Positions 36,598-49,751 of a stretch of DNA of 64,000 nucleotides are shown piece by piece. Origin of the DNA: Azolla caroliniana (taxonomy: Eukaryota > Plantae > Polypodiophyta); NCBI GenBank assembly GCA_043228905.1, contig JBHGNT010000016.1, positions 9,858,001-9,922,000 on the forward strand. The letters are read 5' to 3'. Within the stretch, counting starts at the first letter, position 1; each line of letters begins with the position of its first letter. The position numbers and the translations under genes are program-made. Under the pieces are notes generated by a model, which had not been told where the DNA came from, ran no database searches, and saw nothing but the letters and a program-made list of their open reading frames with translations.

Positions 36598-37407
36598 TGA
36601 CAAGAACTACACGCTCCCGAAGAACAACCCTCGGCCACAACCGAGCTTAGAATCAAAACAGGGAAAAACGGGGAATGAATGCACGACACAATGGAGAGAA
36701 GAGAACACAGGATGTTAACGTGGAAAACCCAAACTAGGGAAAAAACCACGGTAGCCCACAGACTGCAAACTATCACTATGTCAGAATGTACAAATGGTAA
36801 AGCACCGAAGCAACGACCTCGAGCTTTCTATCTTCGCCACAACCGGCGGTTACAACAAAGGCAACAACCTCTTCCTCTCTCTCTCACTCTCTCTCTGTAC
36901 ACAGTTACGCGCTCTAATCTTGCGCCAACAAGAATGACAACAACACTCTAAAAAAGAGTTTGCCCTAAGTCATATTTATACTAATATGACTTTTCGGCTA
37001 TTTACAAATATAGCCACGATGGACTCTCAGGAAACATATTTATGAATATGTCCCTTCATACGGTGAGCACTTCTCACCGGGCCTTCACCATCCGGCTCTT
37101 GTCGGGTACTCCTCATCCGGTTCTCACCGGGTCTTCCGTAGTCGGGTACTCCTCACCCGGTTCTCACCGGGTCTTCCATAGCCGAGTACTCCTCATCCGG
37201 TTCTCACTAGGTCTTCCGTAGCCGGGTACTCCTCATCCAGTTCTCATCGGGTCTTCCGTAGCCGGGTACTCCTCATCCGGTTCTCACCGGGTCTTTCGTA
37301 GCCGGGTACTCCTCATCCGGTTCGCACTAGGCCTATCGGCCTCGGCCGAGTTTTCTCATCAACGCTATTCTTCTCACTTCCCATCCAGAGGGACTTGTTT
37401 CCTAACA
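36598..37407 (-). repeat. 5' LTR of H (810 bp; about 6 copies of the 40-bp unit at 37101-37330)
   Basis: TG..CA ends, adjacent to the PBS. Confidence 0.94.
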
Positions 37408-37410
37408 TAG

Positions 37411-40400
37411 AGGACTTCCAAGAAAGACCACAATAAACCTGAGTTCGCCAAAAATCCGAAGGTCAAGTTCATTGGGGAACGTAAGCAATCCAGTGACACT
37501 CTTGACCACGGCTCGAAGAAACCGAACGTCTTCTATGCATATTGCAAGAAGTGGGGCCACACAAAGGATACTTGTCATCGTCTTGAGAGGATGTCAATGA
37601 ACACCCCTCCTCAAGACAAATCTATGAGTCACACAGGTGAGTCTTTTGATGTTATTGAAGTTCATACCAACTACTTAAGTTCATGTGAATGCACTTTTCC
37701 TTCACATTTACCTAGACCGGATGATTTACTTCGAGCAGTCAGGTATATCAATGGAATAGAAGCACATTTCTTGTTTGATTCTTGAGTTCTCACAATTTTC
37801 CTGATGATCACTTTGTGCAGCAAATGCAATTCCACATAAACGCACGTGATCATATCTATCAAGTTCACACGGCAAATGGAAGCGTTCAATACATCAATGG
37901 CATTGTTTGTCAACCACCAATTCAAATAGATACTTATTTGGAGAAGCTTGACTTTCATGTTATGAAACTACAATCCGCAGATGTCATTTTAGGATACCCT
38001 TGGTTTTTTAATAAAAACCATTCTTTGTCCATTGATTGGGTTAATCACTCAATCACATTTGAACTTAATAATTGTAAACATTTTATTCAATGTTCCAAAC
38101 TTCCTTCTCGTTCACTTGTTTCTTCTTAATCTTTAAGTTAGTATTCTAGTTCATTAATTTTTTCGTGTGTATTTGATCCTACGCGTCAATGTTATTATTT
38201 TAATATTGAAGCCACAAAATACCCACATTATGAACAACAATTACTCAACTCTATTTTAGACGATTTTCAAGACGTGTTTCCTAACAAATTGCCGCTTACT
38301 TTACCACCAAAACGTAGTGTGGACCATCAAATTGAACTCATCCTGGGTGTTGCTCCTGTGAGCATTCCACCTTACCGATTTAGTCGATTAGAAGAGGATG
38401 AGATCACTAAACAACTTAAAGGAATACTTAAGTATGGGCCACATTGGGTATAGTAAATCACCTTGGAGTGCACTAGTTCTATTAGTTAAGAAGAAGCAAT
38501 GTTCATGGCGAATGTGTATCAATTATCGCCATTGGAATAAAATGACAATTAAAAATGCATATCCGTTACCTCATGCCAATGATTTGATTGATCGTTTGCA
38601 TGGGGCCCGATGTTTTACGAAAATTGACTTACGAATAGGTTATGATTAGATTCGCATTGTCAAGGATGATATTCCGAAAACCGTTTTTCGTACACACTAT
38701 GGCCATTATGAGTTTTGAGTCATGCCTTCCAAGTTGACTAATGCTCCAACCCAATTCCAGCAAGCGATGAATGACGTTTTCCGAGATAAACTGGGTGAGT
38801 TTTTTTTCGTCTTCTTGGATGATATTTTGATATATAGTTGTACCTTGCAAGATCATGTTCAACATGTTCAATTTGTTTTGCAAAAGTTGCTTGACAACTC
38901 TTTCTATGCAAAACATTCAAATGTGATCTTTTCCAAAAATCTATTGTGTACCTAGGTCATTTAATTACGGAAAATGGCGTTGAAATTGAACCTTCTCATA
39001 TTGAAAAGGTTAAACGTTGGCCCATTCCTCGTAATATTCGTGAACTTCGATCAATCTTAGGATTTGTTGGATTTTTATGAAAATCAATTCGTAATTATTC
39101 TATATTGACTATGCCATTAACTGACCTTTTAAAAGGTCATCCACGTAAGTTTGTCAAACCAATTTCTTGGAATTAACAACTTGAAAAATCATTTGAGACA
39201 CTCAAAGAGCATGTGTGTGAGGCTCCAACTCTTCTTTTACCGGACCCTTCCAAGCCTTTCTCAATCAAAACCGATGCTAGTGATTATGTTATTGGTGTCG
39301 TCCTTTATCAAGGCGGTCACCCTATTCCTTTTGAAAGTAAAAAGCTTTATGCTACTCAATCTCGGTATTCAGTTCAAGACAAAGAGTTGTTCACAGTAAT
39401 CCATGCACTGGAAACATGGACGCATTATCTCTATAGAAATCAATTTGTGGTTGTAATAGACTATCAATCTTTGAAGTATTTTTGTGACCAGCCAGATCTT
39501 ATTGGTCGTAAAGGCCATTGGGCTGACCTTATGCAAGATTTTGATTTTTCCATATGATATCGCAAGGGTTCTATGAACACCGTTGCGGATCCTCTTAGTC
39601 GCATTAAAGGTGTTAACATGCTTAGCTTCACAGAAATAAAATCTGATCTTTTAGATCACCTTCGAGGGAAATACCTTGATGACAGTTATTTCTCGAAATA
39701 CTAAATGAAAGCCGAATATGGTTTAGATGTCGTTACTAGCACCATACCCTCGAAGGCAACCTTTCACATTACAAACAGTTTGTTCTACCTGTGGAAAAGC
39801 ATGTGTTCCAGATTTACCAAACATAAACCAGAAAATTCTTCATAAATGTCATGATTCACCATTTCCTGGTCATCCTGGAATACAACGCACATTCGTTCTC
39901 ATCTCAAGTACTTTTTTCTGGCCTAAGATGCACTCTGACGTGCATAAATACGTGACTCAATGCTTACAATGTCAGATTAATAAGTTGGAACGACTTAAAG
40001 TTGCTGGTCTTTTACATCCCTTAGATATTCCCAACAACAAATGGGAAAGTATCTCAATGGATTTTATTGTTAGTTTACATGTACACAGAGGGGTCATGAT
40101 GCCATTTGGGTTGTCGTTGACCGACTAACAAAATTGGCTAGATTTATTCCTACAAAAACCACGGTAACCGCTCAACAATTGGCTTATCGATTTGTTGATG
40201 AGTTATTTCGTTTTTATGGATTACCTATGGATATTGTTAGTGACCGAGATTCCAAGTTTACTAATGACTTTTGGACTCAGGTCTTTAAGAAGCTAGACAC
40301 TACATTGAGCATGAGTTCCACAGATCATCCTCAGTCTGATGGACAAACTGAACGAGTTAATCAAATTATTGAGGACATGCTTCGACCTTATGTAGCAAAA

Positions 40401-40795
40401 ACCCCTTCTAAGTGGGGGAAATACCTTCCTATCTTAGAATTTCCGTAACATCCACTAGATATAGTCCTTTTATGTTGATGTATGGTTTTCAGCCACGTGT
40501 CCCAGTCGATGTCACGATTCATCGTGATACATTCATTAGACATTACACGCAACTTTTTGCAAGACATGAACTAAATGTTGCATATTGCCAAAGAAAATGT
40601 CAAGACAGCTCAAGATTGTGTAAGGATAGACGTCCTTGTACATTTACTATTGGTGGAAAAGTTTTTTTGCATGTCCCAACTAACTCTACGTCATTGTCTA
40701 CGGACAAGGGCGCTAAGTTAGCCTCACGATATTGTGGCCCATTTGAAATCCTTAAGAGAGCTGGTTCATCTACTTATCACCTTACCTTACCCCGT
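37411..40795 (+). pseudogene. pol: G gag C-terminus-PR-RT-RH-INT, heavily degraded
   Basis: YCKKWGHTKDTC, LFDS, ILGYPW, NAYPLP, FLDDIL, KTDASDY, HDSPFPGH, SDRDSKF, DGQTER, YCGPF. Confidence 0.92.
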
Positions 40796-42307
40796 TGTCG
40801 TGAAGATCCATCACTAGGTGCGGATCATGAGGCGGAACCACCGGGGTCCTGGACCGGAAAGACTCGAAGTTTGCACTAGCTTTAGCGAGAAAGGATTTAA
40901 GTTAGATTGAAAGAGAGAGAGATTGAGATAAGATAGAACACTTGATTTAAATTGAGAGAGAGATTAAGATTAAACTCTTGACTTTAGATTTGAAGAACAA
41001 GATTGATACATCAATTGGATTGCGAATTTTCTTACTTTTAATTTCTTGATTAATACATCACCCCTTTTTTCCTTTTTCATCCACTCTTTTATAGATGCCC
41101 CCATGCATATGATGCATGTGGGGTACAAGACATGCATAAAATGCATGATGCATGTTTGCCATTTGGCGCTCATGCGCTACATGTGATGCATGATAACCAT
41201 GTCACTAATTTAAGCTCTCATATGAGAATTTCTAACTAAAACTATAATGATAAAAATATAACTTTAAGGAAATGACTTGGCTTAGTGGTAAGTATATTGC
41301 TTTCTATCTTGGAGGTGCAAGGTTCAAGTCTTGCTTACATCCCTTTCAAAGCACAAAATACTATTAGGCTTTTGGACCAAATATCTTTAAAACACCATGC
41401 ACCGCAATCAACTGATCCATCCGATTTGTGCATCCGTTCGGTCCGCATCTCGAGGTCGCCGGATGCTAGTAACCAGGTTTGCCGATACTGATCGGTTGCC
41501 AGTTGAATGCCCTCACCGCGTCGGTCCGTCCGGTCACCCGTTCCGTCGTCGGATGTCATCACCGCGTCTGTCCGTCCGGTCGCCGGTTCCATCGTCGGAT
41601 GCCCGTCCCCGCGTCCGTCCGTCCGGTCGCCGGTTCCGTCACCAAATGCCGACACCGATCAGTCGCCCGTTGGATGTCGTCACCGCGTTCGTCCGTCCGA
41701 TCACCGGTTTCGTCGACGGATGCCGTCCTCGCGTCAGTCCATCCGGTCGTCGGTTCCCTCGTCGAATGCCGTCACCGCGTCCGTCCATCCGGTCATCAGA
41801 TGCCGTCCTCGCATCTGTCTGTCGTCCGTCTGGTCCCTCACCGGATGTCGACATTGTGTTCGTCCGTCCGGTCGCCGATTCCCTCGCTTGATGCCGACAC
41901 TGGTCGGTCGCGGTATGGATGCCGTCACCGCGTTTGTCCGTCCGGTCGTCGGTTCCGTCGTGGGATGTCGTCCCCGTCCGGTCGCTGATTCCATCAAGTC
42001 CAAAACCAATGAACTTGGCTACATCCATTCGTCAAGTCATTCTATTCTCCACACATGAACACAAAGATAATAGTTTTTGCTCTACGTTATATATGGTGAG
42101 ATCCTTATTTGTCCTGTCTATGTGGGATATCTCACAATTTTTTATTTTTTTCTCTTTTTCTTTGCAAACTCTATACCCACATAACTTGACACTTAGATGT
42201 CCGTTTGTTATGTAGCAAAGTGCATTCAAAAGCTCTTCAAGACCTCCCTCTTTTCGTACCAAGATATTAAGCTAATGTAAAATAGTATCTTCACTATTGT
42301 TGTTTTA
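40796..42307 (-). repeat. 3' LTR of I, interrupted by C2; GC-rich degenerate array of about 45-bp units at about 41480-41990
   Basis: Matches 61708-62740 apart from the array (GGATGCCGTCACCGCGTCCGTCCGTCCGGTCGCCGGTTCC-type units). Confidence 0.92.
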
Positions 42308-43528
42308 TGTTGAGAGACAAGCTAAACATCGGCCGGATCGGCTGAAGAAGCCGAGGACCGGATCGGTTCGGACCGATTGGTTAGGCCGAGTGCGTAAACC
42401 GGGAGGTCGTTTGGAAAGATATTCCGTGAGGAATATATTTGGGAGTTAGTGTAGGGGCTCTTGATGAGCATTGAAGTACTGTCAGTACTTCGGTCAGTCC
42501 TTTTAGGACTTGTATAAAAGTGCTGACTGAGCACATGTTATGTACAGAGATTGAGTATTATTGTTGAATATAGTTTTTTGTGTTTCTCTCTCTGTCTCTC
42601 CTGCATATACCATGTAAGCCTAAGCTCTCCATTGAACCTGAGTTTCCTTCCTCTGTTCTGTCTTCATACCTACTTCCGCACGCTACTTTCTACATGGTAT
42701 CAGAGGGCGAGGGTTGAGAACCTCTCTGCAGCCGACACAGCTTGACGAAGAAGAACAAGAAGAACGATGGATAGAGGCATGGCGAGCTCGCTTCCAACAG
42801 AGAAGCTCGACAGAACCAACTACACGTCTTGGTCCTACAAGATGCACCAGTACCTACTCGGGCACGGCTATTGGAGTTATGTCGAAGGAGCTAATGACGC
42901 GGCACCCAAATCGACACATAGAGACTTCCCGTCGTGGGAGCAATCAGCGAGCAGGGTACTATACTACTTCGCGTCGTGTGTGGGCGAACAGCTATTGAGC
43001 TATGTTCGGGACGCAAAGACGTCGAAGGGTGCGTGGGAAAATCTGAAGAAGATTTTCGCCGCGAGCACCACAGCTAGGACTCTTCAGCTCCGACAGGAGT
43101 TGAGCAACCTACGATAACGCGACTTGTCCGTGGCGGACTATACCTCGAAGATCAAGGATATCTGCGACTCCCTCGCCTCCATAGAGGTGAACATCGAGGA
43201 GAGCGAGATGGTGCAGATCTGTCTCGGAGGTTTGGCGTCGAAGTTCGGAGCGTTCCGAACGGCTGTGTGTACCCGAGAGAATACGCCGTCCTTTTTCGAC
43301 TTACAGTCGATGCTCCTAGTAGAGGAGAACCACGCGGGTGCGTCTACAAGCACGCACACCGACAACAGAATGCTGTACACGGAGGGAGATAGGCCCCGTG
43401 GACGTGGAGGACGAGGCAAGTCGGCACACAATGGAGGCGGCCGATGAGATCAAGGAAGAAGGCACCGAAGTGATGCCGACAGCAACTCCGGACCCTCCGG
43501 AAACAGGGGGAGTCAAAGCGATGAGAAC
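42308..43528 (+). mobile_element. Element C2: truncated copy of the C1 copia family (LTR 42308-42694, PBS 42695-42705, partial gag from 42767)
   Basis: LTR and gag (MDRGMASSLPTEKLDRTNY..) near-identical to C1. Stops before the Zn knuckle. Confidence 0.94.
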
Positions 43529-43529
43529 C

Positions 43530-44024
43530 GCATAGCCATCTCCAACTCGATGTCGTTTTTCGTGGCTATCTCTTCAATCTCATGGGCCTCACACCCATTG
43601 ACCCTCTTCATCAAACAACCTTCGATTATGCTTCTCTCTTTACCTTCGACCTTTGGTTCTTCGTCGTCACCTCCCATCTCTTGGGTCTCACGTTGGTTAG
43701 CGGACGCAACTGCCCAAGTCTATGGAACAAGTGAGGAGAAAATCTGGTCATGGTCATTGTCGACGCTTGTTGTTTTGTTCATAGCCACCTCCTCGATGTC
43801 AACTTTAGTGGCTAGATCCTCTATCATGTTGACCTCACACTCTTTATCTCCCTTGATGCAAGCTTCAATTTGGTTTGCTCCTTCATCCGTTGTTTCGAAC
43901 ACGATGCATGTTCCGAAACATTTGTCCTCCTTTGAAATGGCCGTTGTTGTCCTCGAGTTATCATCAATCTTCTTTTCATTTAGGTTGTTTTGTTTAGACG
44001 GCTCGACTTCTTTAGATGTCGCTG
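43530..44024 (-). pseudogene. Probable distal part of the I gag (acidic tail)
   Basis: Minus frame EVEPSKQNNLNEKKIDD aligns with E gag TIEPSKLINNFDKKAME, the segment expected after 49235-49751. Confidence 0.55.
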
Positions 44025-44526
44025 TGTAACGGTTCTCTCTGCCATTGTTGTCGCCGTCGCCGTCGCCGTCGTCTGCAGTCGCTGTTTGCCGCTACTGCAG
44101 CCGTCGCCATCTGCTCTCTCTCTCTCTCTCACTTCCTCGCCTCTTTGTAACGGCTCTCTCTGCCATTGCTATCACCGGTTAGTGTCGTCGTCGTCGTCGT
44201 CGTCTGTTGTTGTCGTCGTTCGACGACTACCGCTGTCTGCGGCTGTCGCCGTCTGCGGCCGTCGCCGTCTGCTGTCGTTTGACAACCGCCGCCGTCACTG
44301 TCGCCGTCACGGGGTGTTTCTTCTCCGTTTTCTCTTGACGTTGTGAAGTGCCATTTTCTTGACGAGTTCGTGGGTGGGTTCTTTTGGTGTGCTCGTCGCG
44401 TGCTACAAAATGCCGATGTGATTGCGACATACACACAAACTCGGCTAAGTCTGGAACCCATTTATTTTACCTTTTTTTCTTATTGACACCACAATGACAT
44501 CTAAATGAACTAAGGAACATAAGGAT

Positions 44527-45306
44527 ATGCAAGACAAGGCTATAAGTAAGGAAGAATTTTTAGATATGTTTAATCGTTTAACAAAAATAGAGATGGATAT
44601 GAAAAAATGGGTGAAAGACACCGAAACCCACAAGAAAAAAGATAGAGAGGAAAAAGACGCCCTCAAGGCCGAAATAGGACAACTTAAAGTAGAAAACACC
44701 GACCTTAAAAAACAACTTAAGGACATCGAGGTATCTCGAGAAGACGGTGAAATATCCTCTATAGAGGATATAAAGGACGAAATTAAAAAAGTTAAAGAGG
44801 AAGTTAATAATAACATAGAGTTAGCGAAAACGGGTTGGGTAGATGTGGTTAAAAGAAACATTAAAAAAGAAATAAAAGATGAAAATATTGTTAATACCAC
44901 CCTTGAAGAAGAGAAAATGCGTCAGGCCCGACGCTTAAATGTACGTGTCACTGGGCTCAAGGAAGGTGCATCCCCAAATGAGGATGCACAAACACTTGGG
45001 AAAATGTTAGGGTACACAGAGGCCCTACCTATCACCAAAGCATGGAGGGCCGGGCGTGACACAACTAGGAAGAGAGCCTTAGTCCTTCAATTTAAAGACT
45101 TAGACTCTAGAATCACTTTCTTGAAGAAGAGACCAATCCTTCGAGGAATGGATGGGGACCCCATCTATCTCGATGAAGACCTCACTAAGATGCATATTGA
45201 GCATCGCAAGAGTTGTATGCCACGAGTTATGCAAGCTCGTAAAGAAGGCCATCGTGCCTTTTACCGAGACGGGCAAGTGATCATAAATTATTGCACTACT
45301 AATTGA
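44527..45306 (+). CDS. LINE ORF1 (coiled coil plus RRM/CTD-like domains), 259 aa, intact
   Basis: Heptad-rich N-terminus, then RRLNVRVTGLKE, IYLDEDLTK and AFYRDGQVIIN, typical of LINE ORF1p. Confidence 0.85.
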   Translation: MQDKAISKEEFLDMFNRLTKIEMDMKKWVKDTETHKKKDREEKDALKAEIGQLKVENTDLKKQLKDIEVSREDGEISSIEDIKDEIKKVKEEVNNNIELAKTGWVDVVKRNIKKEIKDENIVNTTLEEEKMRQARRLNVRVTGLKEGASPNEDAQTLGKMLGYTEALPITKAWRAGRDTTRKRALVLQFKDLDSRITFLKKRPILRGMDGDPIYLDEDLTKMHIEHRKSCMPRVMQARKEGHRAFYRDGQVIINYCTTN

Positions 45307-48300
45307 CGACGTGTGGCCCATGTGACAGAAAATGCACTTAGGATGACCCTATGGAATTGTAATGGCACACTCTGGGCACACCCCGGTCGCCTAGAGGAGA
45401 TACTAAAGGTATCTGATATACTTTTCTTGGTAGAAACACATCAGAGCCCAAATAGAGGACTCCCACGGGTCGAAGGATTCCGTTAGGAGTCCGCTTTTAG
45501 ACAAACCTCACGTCGACACACTACTAGGGGATTTGGAGGTGTCGCGATACTGTTTCGTAGAGAGCTACATAATAGGATAGAAATAATGAAGATAGACCCA
45601 GAAGCTCGTTTTATGTGGGTGAAAGTCTCCACAAGCAAAGACCAAGCAGTATTTTTCGCCATTTGTTACTTTCCCCCAAAAGGATCCCGTTATAATATTG
45701 GTGGCTTGACGAGATTAGTCGATGAAGGAATGCCACATGGGCCTTCTCCATATGAACCCCTATCGGATGACATAATCCGATATTCTTCCCAAGGAGAAGT
45801 ATTTCTTGTAGGAGACTTCAATGCGAGAACCCAATCCCGACAATGCACAGTATTTCAGATGAATAGAAACCTAGAAATGGTAAATGTTGATCCTTTAGAC
45901 ATAGGCACCACACGTAGATCAAAGGATCAAGGTGCGGACACCATGAGCTTTGGCCATCATCTGCTCAAACTTGGCAGTCGACACCGGATGGTCATATATA
46001 ATGGTTTAGCTAAGTGGCCGGGCTCGGAAGAGCTCCCATGTTTCCCACATGGAAGAGGGGAAAGCACAGTTGACTATCTAATAGGGCGCCCTGAAGCTAC
46101 CCACATGATTAACTCCTTCCGAGTGGCCCTATGCCCTATTGGCGAAGACAATAGTTTCTTATACTTCGAGCTAAAATGTGATATCTCTAAGGTCACCAAG
46201 TCTAGTCAACCATGCCATCACACCACAATACATTTCACACGTGAGCTCTCTGACATATACTCTCAACATGTTCAGGCCCATCTCCCCTCCCTTGATCCCT
46301 CCCTACCGTTAGAAAGCCTTAGTACGAAACTCACACACATCCTTCACTCCGCAATAGCTAGTAGTTTCCCATATACAAAACACTCAAATCAAGGTAGATC
46401 AGGATCAATGCCACAAAATAAATGGTATGATGAGGATTGTAGGGACTTACATAGACAACTTACAGTATCGCAACTCAATGGTAGTATTACCTCCATACAA
46501 GCCCGCAAAGAAATGCGTAAGATGACACGTCGTAAGAGACGAGCGTGGGAGGCATCCCAATACTGGGAACTCTACCATATGCTCATGAGTAACGATTGCG
46601 CCATGGCATGGAAGAGACTACGGGAGCCAAGAACACAAACACCCATTGAAGATCCTAAAACTTGGCACACATATACAGAGAGACTTTACTAAATCCCAAA
46701 CCAACCACCCATTCCAATGCCTTCCACACCCCGGCCTACCACAGGGACACTTTTCACGACCTCTAGGGTCGTGAAGGTCATAAAGAAATTACAACATAGG
46801 AAGTCCATGGACCACACAAGATTGCGAGCAGAACACATTATATATGCGAGAGAGTGCCTAGCTCCCTTGCTAACTCTAATCTTCAATCGTGCCCTTGCGG
46901 AGGGTTTTCCACCACAGTGAACTATGAATACAGTGGCCCCCATACATAAAGGGGGGGACCCCATGGACCCAAATACATATAGGACCATTATGATAGGCCA
47001 TACCCTTGCTAAGTTATATGGTGCAGTAATGGAAGCAGAGCTTAGCGACTATATGGAGATCCTAAACCTTCGTGCACCTGAACAAGCTGGCTTTAGACAA
47101 GCCTTCTCCACTATTGATCATATCTTCACACTTAGATGCCTAATTGACCAAACTAAGGCTCGCAAGAAGAAATTATACTGTTGTTTTGTGGACTTCCGCA
47201 AAGCCTTTGACACAGTTCCTAGAGAGTGGTTGTTTGATACACTTAAAAGCTTGAGGATACCAGATGATATATGCACTATATAAACAAGTGTCCTGGTGTG
47301 TCCGATGCCCAAGTGGCCTATCTAATCATTTTACTAGCACTATTGGTGTAAAACAAGGTTGCCCTCTATCACCGACGCTTTTTGGGATCTACATTGATGA
47401 GATCACAGATTTTATTGCTCGTGAGGGAGGCACCGGAGTGGTCCTTGGGGATACGCAGGTTCGTATCTTGCTCTATGCAGATGACATAGTTTTGCTCTCT
47501 GAATCTGAACACGACCTACAAAGGCACCTTAATGCCTTAGATGACTTTTGTGTACAACGAGGATTGGTAGTGAATCTAGGGAAAACGAAAGTCCTTATCT
47601 TCCACACATCGGCCCAAGTTAGAGCTAAGTGTCACCTAACTATCTCCCATAGCCCAGTCGAGGTTGTTGGATCATATGTCTATCTCAGAGTCACTTTTAG
47701 TGCTCGCTCAGGTAAATTTTCGATGACACAAGCAGTGAAGGATAGACTCACGAGAGGACATGCACCCCTCTCACTCCTAGAGAGACAGTGCCACCAAGCA
47801 CACTTTCAAGAGCCACGGACTAAAGGGTGGCTCTTTGACTCATTAGTGACCCCCTCCCTCATGTATGCATCAGCGGTTTGGGCTTCAGGATTACCATCTT
47901 TCATGTGGACACAATTAGAGAGACCATTGGTGATGATGTTATCACGCCAACTCCGAAGCAAATCGACTGTACCACATGACATTATTAGGGTTGAGTTCAC
48001 GTTACCCCCAATGTTAGTAGAGGCACTTTTTCAACTTGTAGTCTTCATTCACAGGATACATAGCCAACCACATGATAGAATATCTCATCAAGCCTTTAAG
48101 GCCTCTCGATCATTGTATGAGTCCGGCTATACTAGCTCATGGTATGGCATGATGGTGAGTTGGCTTCTTGCAAATGGTCTAGACATTAATAACCTACCTC
48201 CCCTTAGGTACAACCACACGAGTGATAACACTTTAATCTCTCATGGGGTCCGCAATAAAGTAATACGCCAAGAAATATGGCAAATTTACACTCGGTGTAA

Positions 48301-49030
48301 ATGGATCACCCCACTAGAGCCACTCCCATCTAAAATGTTGTACTATAAGAAACACTTCATGCACTTCTCTGAGTTAGGTTTTATCACGCGGCCAAAATAT
48401 CTGGATGTATTCTTACCACATGCACTAAGGGTTGCCATTGGACAACTTAGAATATCATCTCACCAACTTGAGATTGAGAATGGCCGTACTAGTGGAGTCC
48501 CTAGGGAGGAAAGGATATGTAGGTTATGTCACATAGAGATAGAGGATGAGTACCACTTTACATGCAAGTGTCCAACCTATGCCGAGATAAGGGCAAAATA
48601 CCAAGACATACTTGGTTCATCTCCCACCCTCCCCAAACTATTAGATACTCTAGATATAAAGAAATTAGGCAAATACATTCTAGAGCTAAAACAACACAGA
48701 GAGAATAAGTTACAAAATGTTGACAATAATGTTGCTAATGATCACGAACATGTAACAAATGAAGTTTTTCAGGAACATGAGGAGACAACGAATGCCGACA
48801 CACTTGCACCACTCGGCCTTTCCATTGATGAGGCAGAAAACCAGAGAAGAACCAGACGTCCTCGGGTGCCGGGTTTCAAAGCAACTCGACGTGATGTGGA
48901 AGCAATATTGAAAATAAGGGAACGTGAGCTACACCGCCTAGAAGCCATGGCTAGGGCACTCTCTACATTGGAACCCACATCAAGACCCTTTGACCCCCCA
49001 CTTCTTTTCGAGAGGCTTGGGTGGAAATAA
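45307..49030 (+). pseudogene. LINE ORF2 (AP endonuclease, RT, Zn finger) with 3 stops and 1 frameshift
   Basis: LWNCNG, LVETH, GDFNAR, STVDY, EQAGFR, VDFRKAFD, GVKQGCPLSP, LLYADD, LRISSHQLEIENGR, CRLC..EDEYHFTCKC. Confidence 0.93.
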
Positions 49031-49234
49031 AATTAGGCTTAGTGTATAATCACTTTCGAGTATACTACATATTGTACACTACTAGAACTCTTTTAGTTTA
49101 AGTTCTATTTTTTACTTTATTTTATTTTAGTTATGATGACTGGATAAATACTCTTTTGTTGTAAACCAATTGTCTCATGGGCCAAATTTGGCCTTAGAAG
49201 ACGTTAATATATCTTTCTTTCTTTTCTTTCTTTC

Positions 49235-49751
49235 TATGATCGGCCTTACCAAGTCAATACCATCAAGCCATTGATGACGCCTATCGATCTTGTTGCATGC
49301 TTGCTTCACCGCAACCCAGTCCGCCACAAGGTCGTTTGCTTGGGTATCATCTTCGAGGAGAGTCCCCAACTCTCGTCTATCCTTCATGTCCATGGCTTTC
49401 AAGAAGTATAAAGTCTTTTCCTCCTCCAACAGCACTTGGTCCGTGTTAGGGAGACGACTAAACATTTGGTCGAACTCGTCGTACACCCTCGAGGTGCTCA
49501 TCTTCTTATTCTTCTTTTCTATCCACTTCATCAAGGCATGTCGAGTCATCCTCGTCAAGTCTTCCATCGGGAACTCCGCTAATATTGCTTTCTTGAACTC
49601 CAACCATGTTGACTTCCCTTTCTTGGAGCCCAATGACCCGCCTTTGGACGTTGTTGGCGACAACTCTCTTTAAGCTTGTGATTTGACGTGCTTCAGACAC
49701 GTCCCTTTGATTTATCTCCCAAGTTTTGTATGCATCAAGGAACTTTGTAAT
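49235..49751 (-). pseudogene. gag: I gag, middle part
   Basis: TRMTRHALMKWIE and LYFLKAMDMKDRRELGTLLEDDTQANDLVADW are similar to E gag. GRNIT|KFL rejoins across J. Confidence 0.88.

Larger units (their letters stand above)
31385..37407 (-). mobile_element. Element H: full-length Ty1/copia (Tnt1/Tto1-like, Tork-like gag) inserted in the gag of G
   Basis: LTRs 31385-32511 and 36598-37407, degenerate Met PBS (TGATATCAGAGC) and PPT GAAGGGGGAGTT. TSD is imperfect (TAG, or CATAG overlapping the terminal CA). Confidence 0.94.
44025..49234 (+). mobile_element. Near-full-length LINE (APE-RT-CCHC, RTEX-like by motif) inserted in the gag of I
   Basis: (GTC/GCC)n-rich 5' UTR, ORF1, ORF2, AT-rich 3' UTR and (TTTC)n end at 49213-49234. 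No clear TSD, so ends are approximate. Confidence 0.88.

Noticed and set aside
42261-42292. 32-nt indel with inverted ends in the I LTR as a MITE
   Set aside because: It is too short with no convincing TSD, and is more likely a hairpin-associated slippage indel.
43990-44461. Ser/Val/Arg-rich ORFs as a host gene
   Set aside because: They come from (GTC/GCC)n low-complexity sequence in the LINE 5' UTR.
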